This document shows positions 1 to 7,883 of a stretch of DNA of 32,000 nucleotides, piece after piece. How positions within the stretch are numbered: position 1 is the first letter of the stretch; each line of letters begins with the position of its first letter. The notes beneath the pieces were generated by a model. That model did no database searches and was not told where the DNA came from. It saw only the letters and a program-made list of their open reading frames with translations. The DNA is from Candidatus Electronema halotolerans. GTDB lineage: Bacteria > Desulfobacterota > Desulfobulbia > Desulfobulbales > Desulfobulbaceae. A program made the translations under genes and the position numbers. The stretch covers positions 1,140,001 to 1,172,000 of the forward strand of contig OW818675.1 in the NCBI GenBank assembly GCA_942493095.1, read 5' to 3'.

Positions 1-3000
1 AGTGCGCGAGCCGACAGGCCTGCTCATCAAGCTGCTGATAGGTGAGCTGCTCGTCTTTGTGAATGAGGGCCACATTGTCCGGCGATGCCGCAGCCTGCCG
101 CTCGAACAGGTCAAGCAGGGTGCAGTCAGGCGCAGGCCCAGTCTCCGGCGCGCTCCACTGCTCCAGCTGCTCCAGCTCGGCCGCAGTGAGCATGGGCAGC
201 CGACTGACCGACTGACGCGGATCTGCGGCTATGCCTTGCAGCAAAATTTCAAAGCGTTCAGCAATGCGGGCCACTGTCTCTTTTTCAAACAGGTCAGCAG
301 CATACTCCCAGCGGCAGAGGAGCTGATCACCTTTGCCCTCCACGCTTAAAGTCAGATCAAATTTCGCCGCCGAGTTGCCAGTTTCCAAAAAATTGACCTT
401 CAGCTCCGGCAGGGCCAAGTCTGGAACTTCGTTGTTTTGCAGGACAAACATGACCTGAAAGAGCGGGCTGTGACTCATGCTCCTGACAGGCTGCAGCTCC
501 TCCACCAGTATTTCAAAGGGAATGTCCTGATGGGCATAGGCGGAGAGACAGGAGCGGCGGACCGCCCTGAGCAGCTCATTGAAGGACTGCTCAGGTGCTG
601 TTTGGGCGCGCAGCACCAAGGTGTTGACAAAGAAGCCGATCAAATCCTCGGTCTGACTGTGCCGCCGTCCGGCAATCGGGCTGCCCACGCAGATGTCGTT
701 CTGACCGCTGTGCCGGGCCAGCAGGACATTGAAGGCGGCGAGCAGCACCATGAACAGTGTTGAACTTTGCTCCCTGCTTAGGTCGGCAAGGCTTTGGCTC
801 AGTGCCGGCGGCAGCGGACGGATGTGCTGGCCGCCCTGAGAGCTGCGTCTGGAAGGGCGGGGCTTGTCGGTCGGCAGTTCGAGCAGCTCCGGCACTCCGG
901 CCAGCTCCCTGCGCCAGTAATCGACCTGCTGCTCCAGAATCGGACCATGCAGCCAGCTCCGCTGCCAAGCCGCATAGTCAGGGTATTCAATGGTGAGTTC
1001 CGGCAGAGCGGACTCTTTATTTTGGCTGAGGGCGGTGTAGGTCTCCTGCCAGTCCCGGAGAAAAATGGCCATGGACCAGCCGTCGCTGACAACATGGTGC
1101 ATGTTGAGGAGCAATACCGACCGCTGCTCATCCAGCAGCAGACAGGCGGTTCTGAAGACCGGCCCCTGCGCCAGATCAAACTGCGCGGCAGCATGAGCGT
1201 CTGTCTGTCTGATGACTTCCGCCGCCTGCATGTCCTGATTCAGGCTCCGCAGGTCATGCAGCTCCAAGGCAAACATCTCTTCAACCTGTTTGATCGTGGT
1301 GTATGGCCTGCCATCCTGCATGACAAAGCAGGTGCGGAGGCTGGCATGACGCTCCACCATCAAGCGCAGGCTCTGCTCCAGCAGACGCAGGTCGAGCCTG
1401 CCCTGCATTTCCAAGGCAATAGGGATGTTGTAGGCAGGGTTGCTCTGCTCGTCAAACTGATCCAAGAACCAGAGCCGCTGCTGGGCAAAAGAGAGCTGCT
1501 CAAGGTCTTGCGCCGATTTTTTGCTGATCGGCGGCAGGCAGGGCGTTCCTGCGGCCTGCTCAATGGCGGCGGCCAAGTCTTTGAGCTGCGGATTGCTGAA
1601 CACGGCCCGGAGCGGCAGCTCGACCTGAAAGCTTTCCCGGATGCGGGAAACTAACCGCATGGCGAGCAGCGAATTGCCGCCCAGATCAAAAAAATTGTCA
1701 CTGCGGCCCACAGCACCGCATCGCAATAAATCAGCCCACAACTCAGCCAAAAGCTCTTCTTCCGGGCCGAGAGGATGTTCCTCGCTGCTCTTGCTGCTGA
1801 GTTCCGGCTCAGGCAGGGCCTTGCGGTCAATTTTGCCGTTCGGAGTCAGCGGCATGGCCTCCATGAGAATGAATGCCGCCGGAACCATGTAGTCCGGCAG
1901 GGTCTTCTTGATGAAAGCGCGCAGCTCCGCAGGCAGCTGCAGCCTGTCCGCGTCCTCCTGATACGGGGTGTTGGCATAGCTGGGCCAAAGTCTTGGCGCG
2001 GTGCAGTCTTGGGCGGCAAAGCGCGGCAGGGAACCGGAGGGCTGGAAAACCGCAGCATAGGTTGTGCAAGAGCCGCTCAAGACAAGATGGCATCTGTATG
2101 GCGAGCCATGCGCGGCTTGGCGCAGTGCTTCCGGCTCAATGCCTTGCGCAAGGCCCGCTGTCCGCTCCCGCAGATACTGCACAGTGCCCTCTGGCTGCGC
2201 AAAACTGGCGGCCAGCTGCTCCTCAAGGGCGAGGCGGGCATTGGGAATATTTGTCAGAACAATAGGTTGATTCGCATAATTTTCTTGAAGAAGCTGACTT
2301 GTCCGCTCCAGATTAAATTTTTCCTGCTGCCAGTCCAAGGCAAGCGGCGCAGCTTCTTCTTGCGCCTCGTCATCCAAATGCAGGGTCACGTCATAACGGA
2401 ACTTGTTCATTTCGTTTTGAGCAGTTCCGGCCTTAACATGCAGGCGCACCTGTTTGATGCGCGGAGAAATATGTTTCAGCGCGGCAAAAAAATCAGGATC
2501 AATGAGCAGCTCCCGCTCTTTTTGCAGGGACTGCGCTGTCCGCTGTTTCAGCTCGGCAACAGGAAGCGTGTCGTCAGCCTGATGAAACTGCACTGAGGCA
2601 TGAAAGGCTTCAAGAAGCTGAAAATTGCGGACATCGCCGATAAACACCGCTCCGCCGGGCGCAGTGGCGGCGATGGCTTTGGTCAGCACGGTGATCAAAT
2701 ATTGAACTGAAGGAAAATACTGAATAACCGAGTTGATGACCACTGTGTCGGCGGAGCCGGGGGCAATGCTGTCAAGATTGTCAGCCGCGCTTTGGATCAA
2801 GGTGATTTTTGCCGCCGCTTCCCAGTCACTGATCTGCTCTTCAATGGAATGCAGGGCCTTCTGAGAGATGTCAATGCCTGTGTAGTGCTGGCAATTCGGC
2901 GCAATGCGGAAGAGCAGCATGCCGGTGCCGCAGCCAATTTCCAGCACCCGCTTGGGAGCGAGCGACATGATCTGGGCAACAGTTCCATCCAGCCATTCCT

Positions 3001-4642
3001 TCATTTCCGCCGCTGCAATCGGCAGGCCGGTGTAGGAGCTGTTCCAGCCGACAATGTTGAAGCCCCGGCCTGCACCGGCGGCAGATTCGCTGTAAGTTTC
3101 ATCAAAAATCTCCTGCCACTGCTCAATCAACTCTTCAGCACCTTGCTCTTGGTTCTCCTTGCTCTTCTCTTTGATCTGCGCAGTGAAATAGGCGGCCAAC
3201 GACTTGTTGTCTCCAGTGCCGAAGACTTTGACCGCCGCCGCTCCCACCGCAGAATGCCGCTGGAGCGCAGCCTCAATTTCTCCCAGCTCCACACGGAAGC
3301 CGCGTATTTTCACCTGCGTGTCTTCACGGCCAATAAACTCGATATTGCCGTCCGGGAGATAGACACCCAAATCACCGGTTCGGTAGAGCCGCTCGCCAGT
3401 CTGCGGATGGGTGATGAAACTGGCCGCAGTCCGCTCCGCATCCTGCCAGTAGCCCATGGCCACGCCGATGCCGCCGATATAAAGATGACCCGGAACAGAC
3501 GGCGGACAGATATTCATCTGTTCATCAAGAACATCGACGGCCTGATTGCGGAGTGCCCTGCCATAAGGAATGCTTTTCCAGCTTGGATTCACCTCTCCAA
3601 TCTGATAACATATAGACCAAATCGAAGCCTCTGTGGCTCCGCCCAGACTCATCACGCAGGCATTTGGCCATAGCTCCCGGATGCGTTCGGGCAGACTGAG
3701 CGGAATCCAGTCGCCGCTCATCATGACTAAGCGCAGCGAGGCTGGCGCCGCTTCCGGCTGGAAGGCCAAATAATCAGTCAGCAGGCCCATCAGGGCCGGG
3801 ACCGTGTTCCAGAGCGTCACTTGATGCTGCTGCATCAGCTCGACCCAATAGGCCGGATCTTTGTCTGATTCCGGTTCTGGAATAACCACAGCCCCGCCGC
3901 TGCTGAGAATGCCGAAGATGTCATAAACCGAAAGATCAAAACTCAGCGAGGACAGAGCCAGCACCCGATCCTGCTCTGTGACATGGAACCGCTCGTTGAT
4001 GTCCTGAACTGTGTTGACCGCGCCCAGATGGTTGATCATCACGCCTTTGGGCTGTCCGGTGGAGCCGGAGGTGAAAATGACATAAGCCAGTTCGTCTGCG
4101 CTGCAAGGCACGGATGGATTTTCAGCAGATGAGGAGGAAAGATCAATTGCATCAAGACAGACGGCTTGGCAGTCCGGCACTGTCTCGGACAGGGAAAGGC
4201 GGGACAGCAACGGGCTGCGGGTCAGGAGAAAAGCGGCTCCGCTGCTGGCTAATATCTGCCGCACCCGCTCAGGCGGATAATTGGGATCAACAGGGACATA
4301 AGCCTTTCCTGTCTTGAGCGTGGCTAAAACGGCAATGACCATTTCCGGCGAACGCTCCAGCAGGATTGCAGCCAAAGGGCTGTCATGTCTTTCCGCAGAC
4401 GGCTCGGCATCAAGCAGGTGATTGGCGAGCAGATTTGCCTGCCTGTTGACTTCTTGATAGCTGAGGGTGCGGTCAGCAAAAATGAGGGCAATATTCTCTG
4501 GCGTTTCCGCCGCCTGCTGTTCAAACAGCTCAAACAGCACCTGAGAGGGATGTTTTGATGTGTTTTCAGTGATCACAACAGACTGCTTCGCCTTTGGCCT
4601 GTTGATTTTTTCTGATTTGCCAACATTCCTCTTGACACCCAT
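1..4642 (-). CDS. Non-ribosomal peptide synthetase, partial (continues past window start); domain order from N-terminus: A, methyltransferase inserted in A, PCP, C, start of next A
   Basis: Manual minus-strand translation from ATG at 4642 (MGVKRNVGKSEK...). A motifs YVIFTSGSTGQPKG, FDLSVYDIFG and YRTGDLG; SAM-binding motif LEIGCGTG; PCP motif FFDLGGNSLLAMRL; C motifs SFAQQRLWFLDQF and HHVVSDGWS; second A begins LTYQQLDEQACRLA. The ORF is open to the window edge, which is why it is missing from the ORF track. Start codon not certain. Confidence 0.93.
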   Translation of the reverse strand, partial: MGVKRNVGKSEKINRPKAKQSVVITENTSKHPSQVLFELFEQQAAETPENIALIFADRTLSYQEVNRQANLLANHLLDAEPSAERHDSPLAAILLERSPEMVIAVLATLKTGKAYVPVDPNYPPERVRQILASSGAAFLLTRSPLLSRLSLSETVPDCQAVCLDAIDLSSSSAENPSVPCSADELAYVIFTSGSTGQPKGVMINHLGAVNTVQDINERFHVTEQDRVLALSSLSFDLSVYDIFGILSSGGAVVIPEPESDKDPAYWVELMQQHQVTLWNTVPALMGLLTDYLAFQPEAAPASLRLVMMSGDWIPLSLPERIRELWPNACVMSLGGATEASIWSICYQIGEVNPSWKSIPYGRALRNQAVDVLDEQMNICPPSVPGHLYIGGIGVAMGYWQDAERTAASFITHPQTGERLYRTGDLGVYLPDGNIEFIGREDTQVKIRGFRVELGEIEAALQRHSAVGAAAVKVFGTGDNKSLAAYFTAQIKEKSKENQEQGAEELIEQWQEIFDETYSESAAGAGRGFNIVGWNSSYTGLPIAAAEMKEWLDGTVAQIMSLAPKRVLEIGCGTGMLLFRIAPNCQHYTGIDISQKALHSIEEQISDWEAAAKITLIQSAADNLDSIAPGSADTVVINSVIQYFPSVQYLITVLTKAIAATAPGGAVFIGDVRNFQLLEAFHASVQFHQADDTLPVAELKQRTAQSLQKERELLIDPDFFAALKHISPRIKQVRLHVKAGTAQNEMNKFRYDVTLHLDDEAQEEAAPLALDWQQEKFNLERTSQLLQENYANQPIVLTNIPNARLALEEQLAASFAQPEGTVQYLRERTAGLAQGIEPEALRQAAHGSPYRCHLVLSGSCTTYAAVFQPSGSLPRFAAQDCTAPRLWPSYANTPYQEDADRLQLPAELRAFIKKTLPDYMVPAAFILMEAMPLTPNGKIDRKALPEPELSSKSSEEHPLGPEEELLAELWADLLRCGAVGRSDNFFDLGGNSLLAMRLVSRIRESFQVELPLRAVFSNPQLKDLAAAIEQAAGTPCLPPISKKSAQDLEQLSFAQQRLWFLDQFDEQSNPAYNIPIALEMQGRLDLRLLEQSLRLMVERHASLRTCFVMQDGRPYTTIKQVEEMFALELHDLRSLNQDMQAAEVIRQTDAHAAAQFDLAQGPVFRTACLLLDEQRSVLLLNMHHVVSDGWSMAIFLRDWQETYTALSQNKESALPELTIEYPDYAAWQRSWLHGPILEQQVDYWRRELAGVPELLELPTDKPRPSRRSSQGGQHIRPLPPALSQSLADLSREQSSTLFMVLLAAFNVLLARHSGQNDICVGSPIAGRRHSQTEDLIGFFVNTLVLRAQTAPEQSFNELLRAVRRSCLSAYAHQDIPFEILVEELQPVRSMSHSPLFQVMFVLQNNEVPDLALPELKVNFLETGNSAAKFDLTLSVEGKGDQLLCRWEYAADLFEKETVARIAERFEILLQGIAADPRQSVSRLPMLTAAELEQLEQWSAPETGPAPDCTLLDLFERQAAASPDNVALIHKDEQLTYQQLDEQACRLAH

Positions 4643-4660
4643 TGCCGCCTCGTTCAATCT

Positions 4661-4681
4661 GAGAATTGAGAATTGAGAATT
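4661..4681. repeat. Heptanucleotide tandem repeat, 3 x GAGAATT
   Basis: gagaattgagaattgagaatt read directly, in the NRPS / plus-strand operon divergent intergenic region. Confidence 0.9.
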
Positions 4682-4786
4682 GAGCTGAATGCCGCCTTGT
4701 CATAAAGACGGGTATTGTTTTAAAAATTCTGACCCTTTGCATTTGCCAGCCTTTGCAGGCCATGCGAACTTTTCCAGAGAAACTGC

Positions 4787-4815
4787 TTGCAGCAGCTTTC
4801 TGTAGAGAGTATAAT
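4787..4815 (+). promoter_or_regulatory. Candidate sigma70-like promoter (TTGCAG - 17 bp - TATAAT) for the plus-strand operon
   Basis: TTGCAG at 4787-4792, TATAAT at 4810-4815, upstream of GTG start at 4877. Confidence 0.5.
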
Positions 4816-4876
4816 CGATCATATATAGGAATGCAACATTGTTTTTTGCTGATCAATAAACACAAGGGAGGCAGTC

Positions 4877-5440
4877 GTGGTTGAGGAACAGGCCGTTAAC
4901 GTTGAGAAAAACTCTGCGGATTTTAAAGAGCAGGATGACAGGGCGGACAAATGCGTCATGCGCTACACCTATGGCAGCATGGGCATAGGTCTCATGCCCT
5001 TTCCGCTGGTTGATCTGGCCGCTTTGTCCGCCTTGCAGCTGAAAATGCTCCACAGCTTGGCTGATCTGTATGAGGTCAAGTTCATGGACAACTTGGGCAA
5101 GGCTTCCATCAGCAGTCTTGCTGGCGGCTATCTGCCGGTGGCCAGCACATCAGGCTTGGCCGCAAGTCTGGCAAAATTTGTGCCTGGTGTCGGCTCGTTC
5201 ATGGCATACGGAAGCGCGGTGATGCTGAACGGCGCGGCAACATACGCCATCGGCAAAGTTTTTGCCCAGCATTTCGCTTCCGGCGGCACGTTCCTGACCT
5301 TTGATCCAGAGGCGGTTCGTGAGTACTTTGCCAAGCAGTACGAAAAAGGCAAGGAAGTCGTTTCTTCGTTGAAGAACGATAAAGAAAAAACCGCATCAAC
5401 AGCGGCCAGTTCGACTTCAGCAGCGTCTGCGGCAAAATAA
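4877..5440 (+). CDS. DUF697/YcjF-like membrane-associated protein with Ser/Ala/Thr-rich C-terminal tail
   Basis: GTG start with GGGAGG RBS. Core MPFPLVDLAALSALQLKMLHSLADLYEVKF...FVPGVGSFMAYG...ATYAIGKVFAQHF matches the DUF697 pattern. Tail ASTAASSTSAASAAK. Confidence 0.75.
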   Translation: MVEEQAVNVEKNSADFKEQDDRADKCVMRYTYGSMGIGLMPFPLVDLAALSALQLKMLHSLADLYEVKFMDNLGKASISSLAGGYLPVASTSGLAASLAKFVPGVGSFMAYGSAVMLNGAATYAIGKVFAQHFASGGTFLTFDPEAVREYFAKQYEKGKEVVSSLKNDKEKTASTAASSTSAASAAK

Positions 5441-5470
5441 CGCGGCAAAAATCAAAACAACGGACAAGAC

Positions 5471-5674
5471 ATGAAGAAAATGCACGAAAACACTGCCGCG
5501 AAAAACACGGCAGGAAAAAAGGGTCTGCCGGTCAAAAGCAATGTCAAGGCTGGGGACTTCTGGGACAGCCTGCGGTCAATGTCTTCATCCACCTACAACA
5601 CCTTGACTGGAGCGTTGAACGGTGGCTCGTCAGACACTTCCAGTGCTGCCGCGTCCGGAGCATCTGGCAAATAG
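5471..5674 (+). CDS. Small putative RiPP precursor A (67 aa)
   Basis: MKKMHENTAAKNTAGKKGLPVKSNVKAGDFWDSLRSMSSSTYNTLTGALNGGSSDTSSAAASGASGK; homologous to the next ORF; near a radical SAM gene and a C39 exporter. Confidence 0.75.
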   Translation: MKKMHENTAAKNTAGKKGLPVKSNVKAGDFWDSLRSMSSSTYNTLTGALNGGSSDTSSAAASGASGK

Positions 5675-5766
5675 CAAGTGTTTTTTACAGCAGCAGCAGA
5701 GTGATCTGAGCTTGACAAAGGATGCTTTGCTGTATCTGCAAATCTCTATTTTTTCAGGAGGACAGC

Positions 5767-5973
5767 ATGAAGAAGATGCAAGCAAAAGGTGCGGCCCGCA
5801 AAGGCGGACTGCCAGTCCGGTCAAACATCAAGGCAGGTGATTTCTGGGATGACATGCGGTCAATGTATTCATCGGCGTACAATAAAGTGGCTGGCCTGAT
5901 GGGCGGAGGTTCATCTGCTTCTGCCGACACAGGCGCAGGCGCAGCCGCTTCCGGCACTCCTGCTGGCAGCTGA
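5767..5973 (+). CDS. Small putative RiPP precursor B (68 aa)
   Basis: MKKMQAKGAARKGGLPVRSNIKAGDFWDDMRSMYSSAYNKVAGLMGGGSSASADTGAGAAASGTPAGS; start placed at the internal ATG after an AGGAGG RBS rather than the ORF-track start at 5722. Confidence 0.78.
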   Translation: MKKMQAKGAARKGGLPVRSNIKAGDFWDDMRSMYSSAYNKVAGLMGGGSSASADTGAGAAASGTPAGS

Positions 5974-5983
5974 TAAACTGTTT

Positions 5984-6012
5984 TGACAGCAGGTGGTTTC
6001 CGCCTGCTGTCA
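5984..6012 (+). promoter_or_regulatory. Hairpin, 10-bp perfect stem, between precursor B and short peptide C
   Basis: TGACAGCAGG ... CCTGCTGTCA; no clear U-tract follows. Confidence 0.7.
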
Positions 6013-6054
6013 GTTTAGCAACTCAATTTCACTTCAATTCCACGGAGGAAAAGC

Positions 6055-6165
6055 ATGAAGAAGGCAGCTAAGGCTCAGAAACCCGTGCAGGACAAAAAGG
6101 TCATGAAAAAAAATGCCTTGATTGTCAAATCAAATGTCAAGGCCGGACGTATCAGGTGGTCATAG
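6055..6165 (+). CDS. Shortened third member of the small-peptide family (36 aa)
   Basis: GGAGG RBS then MKKAAKAQKPVQDKKVMKKNALIVKSNVKAGRIRWS*; shares VKSNVKAG with precursors A/B, then diverges and stops. Confidence 0.6.
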   Translation: MKKAAKAQKPVQDKKVMKKNALIVKSNVKAGRIRWS

Positions 6166-6172
6166 ACACCCC

Positions 6173-6192
6173 CTCCGCCCTAACAGGCGGAG
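6173..6192 (+). promoter_or_regulatory. Hairpin, 7-bp perfect stem, downstream of peptide C
   Basis: CTCCGCC-CTAACA-GGCGGAG. Confidence 0.6.
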
Positions 6193-6224
6193 ATGCAGTG
6201 TAGAAAAGGAAAGAGAAGTTTTTC

Positions 6225-6250
6225 TTGTCCCGCTGTTTGCAGCGGGACAA
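6225..6250 (+). promoter_or_regulatory. Hairpin, 11-bp perfect stem with TTTG loop, between small peptides and radical SAM gene
   Basis: TTGTCCCGCTG-TTTG-CAGCGGGACAA; followed by TAGCCCGCT, not a T-run. Confidence 0.85.
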
Positions 6251-6299
6251 TAGCCCGCTAAAAAAGTCTTTGCAATAAAAAAGATACAAGAGGATGATT

Positions 6300-7883
6300 A
6301 TGTCTGATGTTATTTATGTCAATTGGGCTAATGAATGTGAATCTAATCATGATGCTTTAGATTTATGTGATTCTACTTGGTACAATAATGATATTGATAG
6401 ATTATTAGAATTGCTAAGTGCAAATGTAGGTGCTGAAACAGAGATATATTTTGGCCCAGAATTTCACAGGGACATTGAAAAACTTGAAAAAGCTGTCTCT
6501 TGGTGCAATGAAAGGAAAAAAATTCCGGCTCTCTTTACATACGGTTTATGGTTTTATGATGATGAACTGTGTGCGCGCACTATCGAGCAAATAAAAAAGA
6601 ATGGTAATTTTAGAATAATAGTTTTGATAGATCGAGATCACGAGCGTTTTTTTTCAGCAAAAAATCTGTCAAATTTTATATGTGAAGCTAAGAAAAAAAA
6701 TATCACTCCAGAAGTGATGTATGTAGCTGATGATGCATCTTTTCCTGTGTATATTTATGAATCAGAGGAAGTCAAAAAAATGATGTCTGTGTATTTCAAC
6801 CGTGCAAGTTCTGGAAGAAAATTTCTTGATAATTTTGCACGAATTGAATCTAAAAGTAAAAATGTAACGAAGCATGATGAGAATATTTCTTCCTCAGATG
6901 CTGCTTCGGAGATAAATTCTGCCAGAAAAAATAATAATATTTACTTTAACAATATTGTTCTTGAGATAACTTACCTTTGCAATTCACAATGTGATCACTG
7001 CTACACAAGTTGTGGTCCTCAAGCTGATCGCACATTAATGCCGCTTGATAAAATTGAACGCACGTTGCTGGAAGCAGCATCCATAGACAGTATAAATAAA
7101 CGATTGCATGTTGCTGGAGGGGAACCAACTCTCTTTTGGAAAGAGATGGAAACTATCCTGTGCGTAGCTCGTGATCTTGGATATAAAAATTCTATTGTTA
7201 CTAACGGTTTTTGGGGGAAAGACCGAGAAAAAGCTAAGAAACTTGTAAAACGGTTAAAAGAGGCCGGGGTAATTGAAATTGAATTAAGTATAGATGCAAT
7301 GCATCAGCAATACACAGGTAATAAATCAATTCATCATATATTAGAGGCTGTCGAAATGTATGGTGGAATAGATATGATACTTAGCTTATGCACTGCTCGA
7401 CATGATAATACTTCAGAAATTCTGCGGCAAATCGACTGCGCACTGTTGAACAATGTCAATATAACTACAAGACAAGTTGTTTCTGTAGGCCGTGCAAAAC
7501 AAACTTTTTCGGAGAGTGATCTTTACTTGGAAGAAGGGATACCGACCGGTTCATGTAACCAATGGCTAAACTTAACAATTACCCCAAATGGAGATGTCTA
7601 TCCTTGTTGTGGAGGAAGTGAATTATGTCCATCTTTACGAATGGGCAATTGTTTTTCTGATAATTTACAGTTTGTATTAGAACAAAGTAAATTTAATTAT
7701 ATGTTACGTGTACTGATCCATGCAGGGCCAGCATATTTTGCAAACATGCTGTTGGATAATGGTTATGGGCATTTGTTACGTCCAACCTATGGAAATTTCT
7801 GCCACCTGTGCAATGATATTTTTTCTGATGAAGAAAAAATGCATATAGTGCAAAAATTATTTAGCAAAAGATTTGACAAATAA
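6300..7883 (+). CDS. Radical SAM protein with C-terminal SPASM-like Cys cluster and an uncharacterised N-terminal region of about 200 aa
   Basis: CNSQCDHC = CxxxCxxC; GGEPTLFW; C-terminal CNQWLNL...PNGDVYPCCGGSELC...GNC...CHLC. AGAGG RBS fits ATG at 6300 (ORF track starts at 6294). Confidence 0.93.
   Translation: MSDVIYVNWANECESNHDALDLCDSTWYNNDIDRLLELLSANVGAETEIYFGPEFHRDIEKLEKAVSWCNERKKIPALFTYGLWFYDDELCARTIEQIKKNGNFRIIVLIDRDHERFFSAKNLSNFICEAKKKNITPEVMYVADDASFPVYIYESEEVKKMMSVYFNRASSGRKFLDNFARIESKSKNVTKHDENISSSDAASEINSARKNNNIYFNNIVLEITYLCNSQCDHCYTSCGPQADRTLMPLDKIERTLLEAASIDSINKRLHVAGGEPTLFWKEMETILCVARDLGYKNSIVTNGFWGKDREKAKKLVKRLKEAGVIEIELSIDAMHQQYTGNKSIHHILEAVEMYGGIDMILSLCTARHDNTSEILRQIDCALLNNVNITTRQVVSVGRAKQTFSESDLYLEEGIPTGSCNQWLNLTITPNGDVYPCCGGSELCPSLRMGNCFSDNLQFVLEQSKFNYMLRVLIHAGPAYFANMLLDNGYGHLLRPTYGNFCHLCNDIFSDEEKMHIVQKLFSKRFDK

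Noticed and set aside
794-3673. Plus-strand ORFs of 273-293 aa (794..1654, 1775..2596, 2792..3673)
   Set aside because: They lie antisense to the well-supported NRPS frame on the minus strand and have no family-like motifs; typical shadow ORFs of GC-rich DNA.
6225-6250. Calling this hairpin an intrinsic terminator
   Set aside because: The stem is strong but is followed by TAGCCCGCT with no U-tract, so I only call it a processing or attenuation candidate.
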